Positions 47,177 through 57,000 of a DNA stretch of 64,000 nucleotides are shown here, in pieces (position 1 is the first letter of the stretch; each line of letters opens with the position of its first letter). The notes under the pieces are model-generated. The model worked only from the letters and a program-made list of their open reading frames with translations, had not been told where the DNA came from and searched no databases. The DNA is from an uncultured delta proteobacterium. GTDB lineage: Bacteria; Myxococcota; Kuafuiibacteriia; Kuafuiibacteriales; Kuafuiibacteriaceae. Made by a program: the position numbers and the translations under genes. Location: assembly GCA_963803435.1 (NCBI GenBank), contig CAWDML010000008.1, forward strand, positions 416,001 to 480,000. The letters run 5' to 3'.

Positions 47177-47697
47177 GCGCATTCTCCCCAGAGTCCGGTG
47201 CGCGTCCCTTGGTGGTGAAGGATCTGGTCCTTCCGGTACCGACCAACTGGACCGTCGAGGAGCCCAAGCAGAAGGGCGTCCGTGTCGATGTCGGTCTGCT
47301 GTTCGCGGTGGAGGCGGCAGACGAGGACGTGTTCGTGCGGACCCACAAGGCGCCGCGCTTCGAGGGACGTCTTCTCGTGGAGTGCGAGCCCCTCGAAGGC
47401 GCGCTGACGCCGTACTTCGACGAGCGGATGGCGCAGTTCACGAAGAACATCCCGTCCGCGCGGGTGGTGCGCCACGAGGCGATCGACCTCGCCGGCAATG
47501 AGGCGATCCTCCGCGAGCACCTACTCACCGGACCCGGCGCGGCGCTGTATCGCCAGCGGCTGGTCGCGACGTCCCACGAAGGGACGGCTTACATCCTCGG
47601 CATGACGAATACGGCGGGTGCCGTGTTCGATGCGGCTGTGCGCCTGTTTGACGAGTGCCTCGAGCATGCATCGTGGCGGCTGGATTCCGAAGATTAG
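47173..47697 (+). CDS. Second DcrB/PsbP-like protein
   Basis: TTGA overlap; LPVPTNWTVE...IDLAGNEA...QRLVA..EGTAYILGMT...FD pattern. Confidence 0.55.
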   Translation: MSAFSPESGARPLVVKDLVLPVPTNWTVEEPKQKGVRVDVGLLFAVEAADEDVFVRTHKAPRFEGRLLVECEPLEGALTPYFDERMAQFTKNIPSARVVRHEAIDLAGNEAILREHLLTGPGAALYRQRLVATSHEGTAYILGMTNTAGAVFDAAVRLFDECLEHASWRLDSED

Positions 47698-47726
47698 ACG
47701 AAAGCAACGATAGGAGAGAGCGAGCA

Positions 47727-48164
47727 ATGGCAACCCTGAACGCGACGACCTGGCAGCAGGCGAGGACCTACGTCGACAACTTCTTCCGAACCGGCGACAT
47801 CAGCGGAAACGGGAACATCCAGATTCCCGTGCCGAAGACCGCCGATGAGTTCGTACCGGTCGCGGAGGTGGTCTTCCAGCAGATCATCGCGCAGCACGGC
47901 GGTGATCCGAACGCGTATCACAATCACACGGGCACTGCGGGCGGCTTGATCGCGATCCTCGACAAGATCCGCACCAGCGGCAACCCGGCGCTGGCCAAGA
48001 GCCTCGCGCAGTCGATCTATGCGAACGGCTCGGGCGTGGGTTACGTGGCGACGTCGCAGGGGCAGGTGCAGTTCAAGGGCACGAGCGGATGCACGCGCTC
48101 CGACCTGGGCGCCTACCTTCAGGGTGGCGGCGTCTTCGGTGGCATCTGGGCCGGACGGCAGTAA
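47727..48164 (+). CDS. 145-aa hypothetical Gly/Asn/Gln/Thr-rich protein
   Basis: SD AGGAGAG; complete ORF. Confidence 0.7.
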   Translation: MATLNATTWQQARTYVDNFFRTGDISGNGNIQIPVPKTADEFVPVAEVVFQQIIAQHGGDPNAYHNHTGTAGGLIAILDKIRTSGNPALAKSLAQSIYANGSGVGYVATSQGQVQFKGTSGCTRSDLGAYLQGGGVFGGIWAGRQ

Positions 48165-48381
48165 GCCCTACGATCTCTTTGTGAAGATCCTGAACCACCT
48201 CGGTGGTCCACGGTCTCCCCGGTGGAGGGCTCCGCATGGAGAGCGCCCGTCCCGCGCTCTATGCGGAGACCCTCCTTCTCTTCGAGCCGCTAAGGATCGC
48301 CACCGGTGCAAGGTCGCCCGGCATCCGTAAACGCGCGCGCAACATGGCTGGATCGGCGCCGGCCGTGCTATGCGCTCAGCC

Positions 48382-48786
48382 ATGCACGCGACGCATGTAC
48401 ATCGCCTACGGGTCCCGTACAGCGATACCGACCCTCGCGGTCACGTGTGCTTCGCCAACTATCTGACGTACTTCGACGAAGCACTCGGCGGATACTTTCG
48501 CTCGATCGGATTTCCCTGGCTGCGGCTGGTGGAGCTCGGTGTCGACCTCGTCCACGCCAACGCGAAGGTGTCCTATCACGCGCTGGCCGCGCTCGAAGAG
48601 GTGCTCGACGTGGAGGTGTCGATCGCGAAGGTCGGTGCTGACAGTCTCACCGCCTCCTGCGCCGTGAAGAAGGAGGACGGATCGCTGGTGGCGACCGGAG
48701 AGCTGGTCAGCCGCTGCGTCGATCGCGAGACGATGAAGTCGACCCGCGTTCCGTCGCTGATCCGTGATGCCATCCGAGCCTCGTAA
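48382..48786 (+). CDS. Acyl-CoA thioesterase (4HBT hotdog family)
   Basis: YSDTDPRGHVCFANYLTYFDEA. Confidence 0.88.
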   Translation: MHATHVHRLRVPYSDTDPRGHVCFANYLTYFDEALGGYFRSIGFPWLRLVELGVDLVHANAKVSYHALAALEEVLDVEVSIAKVGADSLTASCAVKKEDGSLVATGELVSRCVDRETMKSTRVPSLIRDAIRAS

Positions 48787-49687
48787 GGCGATCGTCTTTC
48801 ATCCGAGCCAGCGGCCGTCCGTGGTCCGCGCGCGTTTGATCGAGGCGGTCGAGGCCCGGCGGATCCCCGGCCGTTTCCTCTATGATTCGCCGGCCCAGGC
48901 GTCGCGCTACCTTGCGTATCAGCGCGCCTGGGCGCCGCGGGCCCTCGGCGGACTCTACGATCGGGCCTTCGCGGCAGCCATCGCGCGGACGGAGCGGCCC
49001 TACCGTTGGGTCGGCCTCGGCTGCGGCGGCGGGGCGCGCGATGCGCGGTTCCACGAGATGGCCGGCGTGCCCGCGCTGCTCACCGACACCAGCCCGTCGC
49101 TGCTCCTCGAGGCGATGGAGCGGATCGTCTCCGCCGAGGGCCTGGCCGTAGATCTCGAGGTGCAGCCGGAGCGCGCGGCGTTCGGAGAGGACCGGGCGCT
49201 CTTCGGAGCGTTCGGGCTCCTCCCGAACTTCGAGCACGGGTCGTTCTTGGGCTGGCTGTCGGCGCTCCTTCGGGCCGGCGAGATTCTGTTGCTCTCTGCG
49301 AACCTGGCGCCGGACGGGGACCGCGCCGCAATCGTGGCCCAGTACGACAACGCCGAGGCGCGCGCCTGGTACGGCGGGGCGCTGTCGGAGCTGGGGCTGT
49401 TCGACGCCGAGGTCGTCGTGCGCGCCGCCGGGACCGACGAGGTCTGGCGCATCGAGGTCGAGGCTCGCCCGCGGCGGGATCAGGTGCTCTCGATCTTCGA
49501 TGCGAGCATCCCGATCGCGAGGGATGAGCCGCTCGGGCTCTTCTCCTCCACGCGCTTCACCGCCTGGGCGCTCCCGCCGATCTTCGAGGCGGCCGGGCTC
49601 GCGCTCCTCGAGCCCTTCGTCCATGAAAGCGGCGAGGAGGGCGTGTACCTGCTCTCGAAGGTCACTTCGCCGCGGGCAGGAAGCTGA
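48767..49687 (+). CDS. EgtD-like SAM-dependent methyltransferase
   Basis: IPGRFLYDS, GLGCGGGARD, GLLPNFE, AQYDN, LFSSTRFT. Confidence 0.7.
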   Translation: MPSEPRKAIVFHPSQRPSVVRARLIEAVEARRIPGRFLYDSPAQASRYLAYQRAWAPRALGGLYDRAFAAAIARTERPYRWVGLGCGGGARDARFHEMAGVPALLTDTSPSLLLEAMERIVSAEGLAVDLEVQPERAAFGEDRALFGAFGLLPNFEHGSFLGWLSALLRAGEILLLSANLAPDGDRAAIVAQYDNAEARAWYGGALSELGLFDAEVVVRAAGTDEVWRIEVEARPRRDQVLSIFDASIPIARDEPLGLFSSTRFTAWALPPIFEAAGLALLEPFVHESGEEGVYLLSKVTSPRAGS

Positions 49688-50354
49688 ACGCCGCTCGCAG
49701 CTTCTCGCGTCCGCCGGTCTCCACCACCTCACCGTGGGCCAGCGTGATGCGATCGAAGTCCCACTCGAGGATCCGATCCATCGAGGCCCGGACCGCCGGC
49801 TTGTCACGAAAACAGAAGCGGACGATGCGATGAGGCCCGAAGCGACCGGCCGCGCCGACGAACCAGTAGAAGATGCGGGCGCCCTGCGTCCGATCCTTCG
49901 GCACGTTGAAGACCAGATCGGTCAAGAGGAGCGTTCGGCTGGCCACGTGGAAGAAGGCGACCTCGTTCATCGCCGGCGCGCCGCGGACCCAGACCTGCTC
50001 GAGCTGGCCTCGCCAGAGCTCGGGTGCCTCGTCGTCGAGCACGCCGGTGAAGGCGACGTCCTTCCGCTTCCGGTCGAGGCCCTTCGGGCCGTAGATCGCA
50101 GCGGAGGGATAGGCGGTCGCGTAGTCGCTGATGAAGAGGTGGTGCAGGAGACAGGGTGCGACGATCGCGCGCACCTCGCCGAGGGCGTCGAGGGCCTCCT
50201 TGGTCTCGGCGTCGAGCCGGACCGGTGAATGGACGAAGAGCCCCCCGTTCGCGAGTCGGACGATGGTCATGCGGGCTCCGACGTCGCCCACCGGGAGTGG
50301 GAGCGGCCGGTCGGCGACGTAGAGGTCCGGGGCCAGAGATCGCAGGGCGCTCAC
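49662..50354 (-). CDS. DUF4336-family protein
   Basis: RMTIVRLANGGLFVHSPV, HHLF, EVAFFH..SRTLLLTD, WDFDRITLAHG. Confidence 0.85.
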   Translation of the reverse strand: MSALRSLAPDLYVADRPLPLPVGDVGARMTIVRLANGGLFVHSPVRLDAETKEALDALGEVRAIVAPCLLHHLFISDYATAYPSAAIYGPKGLDRKRKDVAFTGVLDDEAPELWRGQLEQVWVRGAPAMNEVAFFHVASRTLLLTDLVFNVPKDRTQGARIFYWFVGAAGRFGPHRIVRFCFRDKPAVRASMDRILEWDFDRITLAHGEVVETGGREKLRAAFSFLPAAK

Positions 50355-50363
50355 CGGCTCGGT

Positions 50364-51599
50364 CTACCGCGATGCGGCCGTGGACGACAATGCGGTCCGC
50401 GCACGAGCGCCGCTCCAGTCGGCGGCCAGCCGGAGGAGGTCGACGTGGAGACGCTCGGCCTGGGGCCCCGCAGACGGCGTCCCACAGCGCGCCGACATCG
50501 AGGTGAGACGAGCGCGGGCGCCTTCGATCCGCGCCGCGACCTCGGGCGCGGGCGCCTCCGAAGCGATCGCCTCCATCACGCGGGCGATCGCGAGCCTGCA
50601 GATGGGCGCGTCGTCTCCGACGAGCACCAGGTACACGAAGCGATCGGCGAGCCTGATCGCGAGCGGGCGATCGTCTGCGGATGGGGTCACCGCGCCGACG
50701 GCCGAGAGATAGGCGGTGAGATCACGCGCGCCGTCGGGACCGAGCTCGAGCGCGAACGTTCGGTCGTACCAGGTGACGACGTCCTCGAGGCGAGCGTGGC
50801 GCCCGTCGTGGAAGTAGGGCGCGGTCTCGGCGAGGCCGAGGAGCGTGGGGGTCTCGACGCCGTCGTCGAACGCATCGGGGCCAGCGGCGCGGGCGGTCTG
50901 GTGGCGATGGATCAGACCGTCCCGAAAGTAGGCACTGGGCACGTGGCAGTCGGCGCAGGCCCGGCCGTCGAGGCCGCGGAAGCGCCGAAAGAAGATCGAC
51001 TCGCCGCGGTGCGCAGCCGCGGAGGCCGTGCGCCTCAAACGACCACGTCGATCCAGGAGTCGATTCGGGAGGAAGTCCAGCTCGCTCACGTAGCGGGTGA
51101 GAGCGGACAGGGCACGGTCGGCCAGCGGCGGGCCGCCGAGCTCGTCGGTGACGACCTGGGCGATGAAACGATCGAGCGACTGAATCCGTCCGTCGTGCCC
51201 GTAGGGGGCGGTGTAGCGCGCGCCGCGAAGCGAGGGGATGTTGATCGCGTCCGCCTCGCCGTCGTCGTGCGGGTGAAAGAAGTCGCTGGTGAGATCGACG
51301 TTGCCTGGACGATCGCTGAGGCCGGGCACCGCCAGCGATCGGTGCGCCGCTCCGTTCGGGTGGCAGGTGTCGCACGAGACACCCAGGCCCCCGGCCTTGG
51401 CGCCGAGGATCTCCGGCGAGTGGTAGAGCAGGTCGCCGAGCACGAGATCGAGCGACCGGCGGGCCCGTCCCGGTCCGTAGCCGTCCGGGTGGCGTGCGAG
51501 CGTCCGCAGGCGTCGGGCCGGCGCCGGTGACAGCGGAACGAATCCTGCCGGGGGAGGCGCGCTTGCGAGCAGAAGCGCGATCGGGATCGCGACCGGCAT
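50364..51599 (-). CDS. Di-haem cytochrome c peroxidase/MauG-like protein
   Basis: CDTCH and CADCH; PSLRG..YTAPYGHDG; TPTL..LAETAPYFHDG. Confidence 0.8.
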   Translation of the reverse strand: MPVAIPIALLLASAPPPAGFVPLSPAPARRLRTLARHPDGYGPGRARRSLDLVLGDLLYHSPEILGAKAGGLGVSCDTCHPNGAAHRSLAVPGLSDRPGNVDLTSDFFHPHDDGEADAINIPSLRGARYTAPYGHDGRIQSLDRFIAQVVTDELGGPPLADRALSALTRYVSELDFLPNRLLDRRGRLRRTASAAAHRGESIFFRRFRGLDGRACADCHVPSAYFRDGLIHRHQTARAAGPDAFDDGVETPTLLGLAETAPYFHDGRHARLEDVVTWYDRTFALELGPDGARDLTAYLSAVGAVTPSADDRPLAIRLADRFVYLVLVGDDAPICRLAIARVMEAIASEAPAPEVAARIEGARARLTSMSARCGTPSAGPQAERLHVDLLRLAADWSGARARTALSSTAASR

Positions 51600-51603
51600 C
51601 GGC

Positions 51604-52245
51604 TCAGAGGGGAGTCAGCTCCGTGCGGGCCTCGATCACCGTGGTGATCGGCGCTTCGACCACGACCATCTTCGACATGAGCCGGGTCTCCGTGTTCGCG
51701 TCGCTCGGCACCACCCGGCCGGAGCCGTCCTTGAGCGCGCCGAAGGTCACCCGGAAGCCGTAGCGTTTGCCGTCCTGGGCGCGGGCGCTTCCCGTGAACT
51801 CGACGTACATGTCGGCCTTCTTCACCTGATCCTGGTCGAAGGTGATGGGCGACCCGGGGCCGGCGGGCTGCGCGTAGCCTTCCAGCCCGACGCTCACCTT
51901 GGTCTCGAGCGCTTCGATCGTGACCTCTCCGACGCCCGAGATCGTCCCGGTCGCCGGCTTGGCGAGGTGTGACGTGAAGCGATACTCGCCCCCTCTCTCG
52001 GGCCCGAGGAGGGTGGCGGTGCCGTCGACGATCGGGCTGACCGCGACGTCGAAGGAGAGGCCGGCGCCGCTCTTCATGATGAGCGTCTGGGCGCCGTCGC
52101 GGTCCCAGTCGATCGTGCAGTGCAGCTCGGCGTCGCCGAGGAGGACCGCGGGCGGGTCGTGGGGCGCGCTCTCTTCCACGCCGCCGCTCTTGCAGGCCGG
52201 GGCCAGCAAGAGGGCGATCAGCCCGAGCGATGGACCCATTCTCAT
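51604..52245 (-). CDS. Hypothetical lipoprotein
   Basis: LIALLLAPAC lipobox. Confidence 0.65.
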   Translation of the reverse strand: MRMGPSLGLIALLLAPACKSGGVEESAPHDPPAVLLGDAELHCTIDWDRDGAQTLIMKSGAGLSFDVAVSPIVDGTATLLGPERGGEYRFTSHLAKPATGTISGVGEVTIEALETKVSVGLEGYAQPAGPGSPITFDQDQVKKADMYVEFTGSARAQDGKRYGFRVTFGALKDGSGRVVPSDANTETRLMSKMVVVEAPITTVIEARTELTPL

Positions 52246-52679
52246 CGAATCGAGAGCAGACGCGATCGGAGGCGGCCGCGCAATCGTCCGGGTGGCAGTG
52301 GATGATCCGGGCCGGTCCCGGATGTTGGGCTCGCATGTTCTCGGCGCTGTTCTGTTGCTGTCCCTTGGCACCGGGCTTCGCGTCCGTTGCAGAGGGCGTC
52401 GAGCACGCCGCGCTGCCGCTGACACCGAAGCCGGCGATCGGCGACGGCCAGCTCCACGTGGTGCGGATCGATCTGGACCTGTGCGGAAGCGACGAGACCG
52501 GGTTCAACGAGAACGACGACAACCCTCGGCAATGGCCGTTGCCTAACGTTCTCGGCGTGGAGTGAAGCAAGCCGGCTCGATCTGAAGGCGTCTAAAATCG
52601 AGCACGGGCATCGGTCATCAGACCAAAACTGCCAGGATACACGTGACGGCGGGGGTCCGTTCGATCCATCGATCGAGCC

Positions 52680-53888
52680 ATGCGGACGGTGAATCTTCGA
52701 GCACCCGCGATCGCGACGATGTTCACGCTCGGCTTGTTCGCGTCATCGGGATGCACCGAGGGAGGCGCCGGGCTGGGCGATCCGGACTCGGGCGTTGCGG
52801 TCGAGCCGGACGCGAGCACCGGCTACGACGCCAAACCGATCGAGGACGCGGCGCTCGAGGATCCGAACCCCGACGCGGCGGTCGAGGTCGACGCGGGGCT
52901 CGAGACCGACGCGGGGCTCGAGGCTGACGCCGCGACGCCAGATGCAGAGCCGGCGGACGCGGATGCTCCGGACGCCGAGGCCCCCGACGCCGGCGCGCCC
53001 GACGATGCCGGCGTTGCGGACGGCGGTGCGCCGGCGGGGCAGATCCAGACGGTGTTCCTCATCATCATGGAGAACCACAACTGGTCGGACATCTCGGGCA
53101 ACACCACGGACGCGCCGTACATCAACGACACCCTTCTACCGATGTCCGCGCACGCGGAGGGCTACACCGGCAACGCGCACCCGAGCGAGCCGAACTACGT
53201 CTGGTTGGTGGCCGGACGCCGGCTCGGCATCTACACCGACAGCGCGCCGGCGACGAATCACCAGGCGACGCACGAGCACCTGGCGTACCTGCTGGATCAA
53301 GCCGGGGTGACCTGGCGGGAGTACGCCGAGGACATCACCGGCACCGAGTGTCCGCTCACCGACATCGGAGGCTACCGTCCGAAGCACAACCCGTTCGTGT
53401 TCTTCGACGACCTCACCGGGAGCAACGATCCCAACGACGCCGATTGCATCGCCCACAACCGGCCGTACTCCGAGCTGGCCGGCGACCTCCAGCAGAACAG
53501 CGTGGCCCGCTTCAACTTCCTCACGCCCAACCTCTGCAACGACATGCACGACGACTGCGACACCAACGGCCTGCAGCAGGGCGACCTCTGGTTGTCGGAG
53601 AACATCCCGATGATCATGAGCTCGCCCGCGTACCAGAACAACGGCGTCATCATCATCACCTGGGACGAATCGGAGTTCTCGCTGACGCACTGTCCGCTGG
53701 CGAACTGCTCGATCGGGATGATCGTGATCTCGCCGCTCGCCAAGGTCGCGTACAGCAACAGCACCTCCTACGATCACAGCTCGACGCTCAAGTCGTTGCA
53801 GGAGATCTTCGGCGTGACGCCGCTCCTGGGCGCTGCTGCCGACACCGGCACCTCGGACCTGTCGGATCTCTTCCTGACGTTTCCTTGA
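52680..53888 (+). CDS. Phosphoesterase (acid phosphatase/phospholipase C family) lipoprotein with Asp/Ala-rich linker
   Basis: IIMENH, HPSEPNY, KHNPF, PNLCNDMHD, ITWDE, YDHSSTL. Confidence 0.88.
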   Translation: MRTVNLRAPAIATMFTLGLFASSGCTEGGAGLGDPDSGVAVEPDASTGYDAKPIEDAALEDPNPDAAVEVDAGLETDAGLEADAATPDAEPADADAPDAEAPDAGAPDDAGVADGGAPAGQIQTVFLIIMENHNWSDISGNTTDAPYINDTLLPMSAHAEGYTGNAHPSEPNYVWLVAGRRLGIYTDSAPATNHQATHEHLAYLLDQAGVTWREYAEDITGTECPLTDIGGYRPKHNPFVFFDDLTGSNDPNDADCIAHNRPYSELAGDLQQNSVARFNFLTPNLCNDMHDDCDTNGLQQGDLWLSENIPMIMSSPAYQNNGVIIITWDESEFSLTHCPLANCSIGMIVISPLAKVAYSNSTSYDHSSTLKSLQEIFGVTPLLGAAADTGTSDLSDLFLTFP

Positions 53889-53894
53889 GCCCGC

Positions 53895-55469
53895 TCAGTG
53901 ACAGTCGAACAGGCCGAGAGGACCCGACGCGTAGAACGACTCGATCACCTGGGCGATCGAGTCCGGTGAGACGGCGCCGGCGGGCGTGTCCTCCCAGCAT
54001 GCCGTGGCGGTCGAGCCGCAGACGGGCAGATCGAAGCAGTTGGGTGGGACGTCGATCATCGAGCGCATGATGGCCGGCTCGCCGTAGGAGGGGATGCCTC
54101 CGATCAGCACCAGCTTCACGTTTTGCGGCCGAACCTCCAGCACGCTCGTGTACGGGTCCTCGGGATCGCCGTCGACGACCAGCACGTCGGCGAGCTTACC
54201 GACCTCCAGCGTGCCCACGTCGCCGTCGATCGCCATGTGCTTCGCGGCCAGGCTCGTGATCATCTCGAGATACCGCTGCTCGGTGAACGTGCCCGGCCAG
54301 CGGGTGGCCACCAGCTGGCGGGCGTAGCGAGCCTCGTGGAGCGGGTCGTCCTCGCCGGAGGGTGTCCAGTCGGGCGCCAGCGAGATCGAGACGCCGGCCG
54401 CGAGGGCGGCGGGGACGTCGAGTGTCTCGCCATAGAGCGTCATGTTGGAGGAGGGCGACCAGATGATCGGCGCGCCCGCCGCCGCCACCATCTCGAAGTC
54501 GGTGCCGGTGAGCGCGGTCCCATGGATGATCTTGGTCTCGGAGCGGAGCAGACCAAACATCACGAGATCGTCGAACTCGTCGTGGGCGCGCGTCGAGATC
54601 CCCTCGGCGAGATGGATCATGTAGGCGTTGACCGCTCCGGAGTCCATGTCCGCGATCAGCGCGGCCGCCGAGGTCGCGTTGAGCTGGCCGACCCCGAGCG
54701 TGTTGGTGCGCATCCGATCGGCGGCGAATCCGTTGTAGCCGCTGCTCAGCTCCGGGTTGCGCACCAACCAGCGGAAGCAGGTCCGCGCCTGAGGCGCGCC
54801 CAGTGCCGTAGTGACGCCATTGACCAGCTCCCGAAGCTCGCCCCACTGCACCATCGCGCAGAAGCTCGCCGCATCGTTCTTGTTCATCGAGTACGGCGCG
54901 GTGAAGGCGTCGTAGGCGGCGTCGTTCTGCCAGTCGGTGTGATCGACGAACATCACTCCCGGCGTCCACTCCGGGAGCCAGTTGTAAGCGAGGTGGTTGT
55001 GCGGATCGACGAGGCCGGGGAGGATCAGGGCGCCGGTGTCGATGATCGAGGCGCCGGCTGCCTGCTGGGTGCAGTCGCCGACCGAGCCGGTGCACGCGAC
55101 GCGACCGTTCTCGAGGTAGACCTCACCGGGGACGATCGGAGCGCTCGCCATGGTGAGCACGGCGCTTCCGCGCAGGAGGATCTTTCCGGGGTCGCCCGGC
55201 GTCACGACCGAAGCATCTCCGGTGGAGGCATCGCGGAAGCCCGCGTCCGGAGGCGGGGGAAGGCCGGTGTCGCGCGGACCGGAGTCCGGAGGCGTCACCG
55301 TGCCCGAGTCCTCCAAGGGCTCGCCCGCGTCCTTGGCCGGCCCGCCGTCCACCCGGGGCAGACAGTAGACGCCGACGCGCTCCTGATCAGGGGGACAGCT
55401 TCCGTCATCGCCGCCGCCGGGCTGGCAGCCGGCGACCGCGACGGCGACCGCGAGGGCGACCGAACGCAT
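53895..55469 (-). CDS. Amidohydrolase family lipoprotein
   Basis: VAGC lipobox; PGLVDPHNH, IHLAEG, IIHG, LAPDW, GTLEVGKLAD. Confidence 0.85.
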   Translation of the reverse strand: MRSVALAVAVAVAGCQPGGGDDGSCPPDQERVGVYCLPRVDGGPAKDAGEPLEDSGTVTPPDSGPRDTGLPPPPDAGFRDASTGDASVVTPGDPGKILLRGSAVLTMASAPIVPGEVYLENGRVACTGSVGDCTQQAAGASIIDTGALILPGLVDPHNHLAYNWLPEWTPGVMFVDHTDWQNDAAYDAFTAPYSMNKNDAASFCAMVQWGELRELVNGVTTALGAPQARTCFRWLVRNPELSSGYNGFAADRMRTNTLGVGQLNATSAAALIADMDSGAVNAYMIHLAEGISTRAHDEFDDLVMFGLLRSETKIIHGTALTGTDFEMVAAAGAPIIWSPSSNMTLYGETLDVPAALAAGVSISLAPDWTPSGEDDPLHEARYARQLVATRWPGTFTEQRYLEMITSLAAKHMAIDGDVGTLEVGKLADVLVVDGDPEDPYTSVLEVRPQNVKLVLIGGIPSYGEPAIMRSMIDVPPNCFDLPVCGSTATACWEDTPAGAVSPDSIAQVIESFYASGPLGLFDCH

Positions 55470-55631
55470 GGAGACGAGCATAGCAGGTACGCAACGGTAT
55501 TCGTGAGGGCGCGAGGTCGGGCGACGGCCGGATGAAGTCCGGCGATCGTCGTCTTGCGACGTCTCTACCTTTCAGCATCCGCCGAGGACGGCCACACCGA
55601 GAGGCTGAGAACCGGCCCTAAACCGTTCCAG

Positions 55632-55691
55632 CTCATCCGTGAGGATATGCCGCTTCACGCCGGACTTGGCGCGATCGGTGGGATTGGTCCC
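55632..55691 (-). mobile_element. Inverted IS5-family transposase internal fragment
   Basis: GTNPTDRAKSGVKRHILTDE. Confidence 0.65.
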
Positions 55692-55847
55692 GCTGCGCAC
55701 CATGGCTGGAACCGAGCGTGACACGTCGACCCAGCCGGTCCGAAAACCTCCGGACCGTTCCGCGTTTCCTGTTTCGCTCGTTCTGCTCATTCGCTATTCA
55801 AAGCGGCCGTTGTTGCATCGTGCTCGATCGAGTGTTCTGCAGAGTCG

Positions 55848-56116
55848 ATGCAGGCAAGATTCGCAAGTCTTCCGGACGCCCTGTGGAAACGCATTGAGCC
55901 GTGACTCCCGAAGCGAGGTCCAAGGCCGCGGGGAGGTCGCCCGCGGGTTGCGGATCGCGTCGTGATGGCAGGTATCGTCTATCGCCTTCGGACAGGGTGC
56001 CAGTGGAAGGCTTTGCCGCGCGAGTTCAGCTCCGGTTCGACGTGCCACAGTCGATTCGCGGCATGGTGCGCAGCAGGGATCTTCACCGCGATCTTCGCTG
56101 AGCTGCTGCGGTACTG
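55848..56116 (+). mobile_element. IS5-family transposase N-terminal remnant (in-frame TGA at 55902, truncated)
   Basis: LPDALWKRIEP*LP...GGRPR...GIVYRLRTGCQWKALP...STCHSRF..W. Confidence 0.85.
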
Positions 56117-56905
56117 TAACAACGCAACCACCCCACCGGCTCTCGATACGGGTCCTTCTCGCTGACCGATTGCAGCTTCTCGTCGAGCGCACGCTGCCGT
56201 TCCTCGAGGCTCTCGATCACCTGGAGATAGTGGTCGAACACCGTTTGGTCGGCCTCGTGCTCGAAACGCAGGGTGCGAAGCCACTGGCGGTGCTTCTGAG
56301 TCCAGGCCTTGCCGCCGAACAGGAGAGCGCCCCTCAGCAGCAGTTTGCCCAGGCGATGCCGAGCTCTCTGGAGGTCTTCGCGAACGTCTTCACGGCAGCG
56401 GCAAAGATCCCGCACCGCCTCCTCCGCCTCGTTCGGCGGATGTACCTCCGTCAGCGTCCCCGCACGCAGGTACTCTGCCAGCTTCTTCGCGTCCCGTCGA
56501 TCGGTCTTGATGCGCTCACCCGGCTTCACAGGAATCAGCGACGGCGCCACGACCTTGCACCTCACCTCCGCCGCCTGGAACTGCCGCTGCAGCGCGTAGC
56601 CGCAAGGCCCAGCTTCATAGGCGACCACCAGCTCGCCGACTGCCTCCTTCTTCAGCTGCTTGATCAAGCGCTTCACCGCCTTTTGCTGGTTCGGCTCCCG
56701 CCACTGGAGCGCACCCTCACGATCTGGATGAAGCACGCAGACGTCGATGAAGTTCTTCGATGTATCCAGTCCGACGAAAGTGGTAGCTTGCTGCACGACC
56801 GGCCTCCTTCGTATGCGGCTCTGGCGTTTCCGGACGCCAACCCGCGATGGGGCAGCAGCTGTTGCAACCCCGCTTTTGCGAACGGGTCCGGTCCTATTCT
56901 TCTTC
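56115..56905 (-). mobile_element. Truncated IS110-family element: DEDD N-terminal half (CDS from 56796) plus upstream non-coding end
   Basis: FVGLDTSK, YEAGPCGY, IKTDRRDA; stops at VGWLRC before the C-terminal domain. Confidence 0.88.
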
Positions 56906-57000
56906 CTGCCTACACGCGCCTGCGACTCTTTGGACTTCCCTTGTGGTACGACCGCTCTCCTCCGCCGGCCTCGCGACCGGGCGCAGTCGTTCCATATGGT

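Noticed and set aside
52230-52565. Short ORF containing HVVRIDL
   Set aside because: Possibly a gene remnant, but there is no coherent start or family evidence
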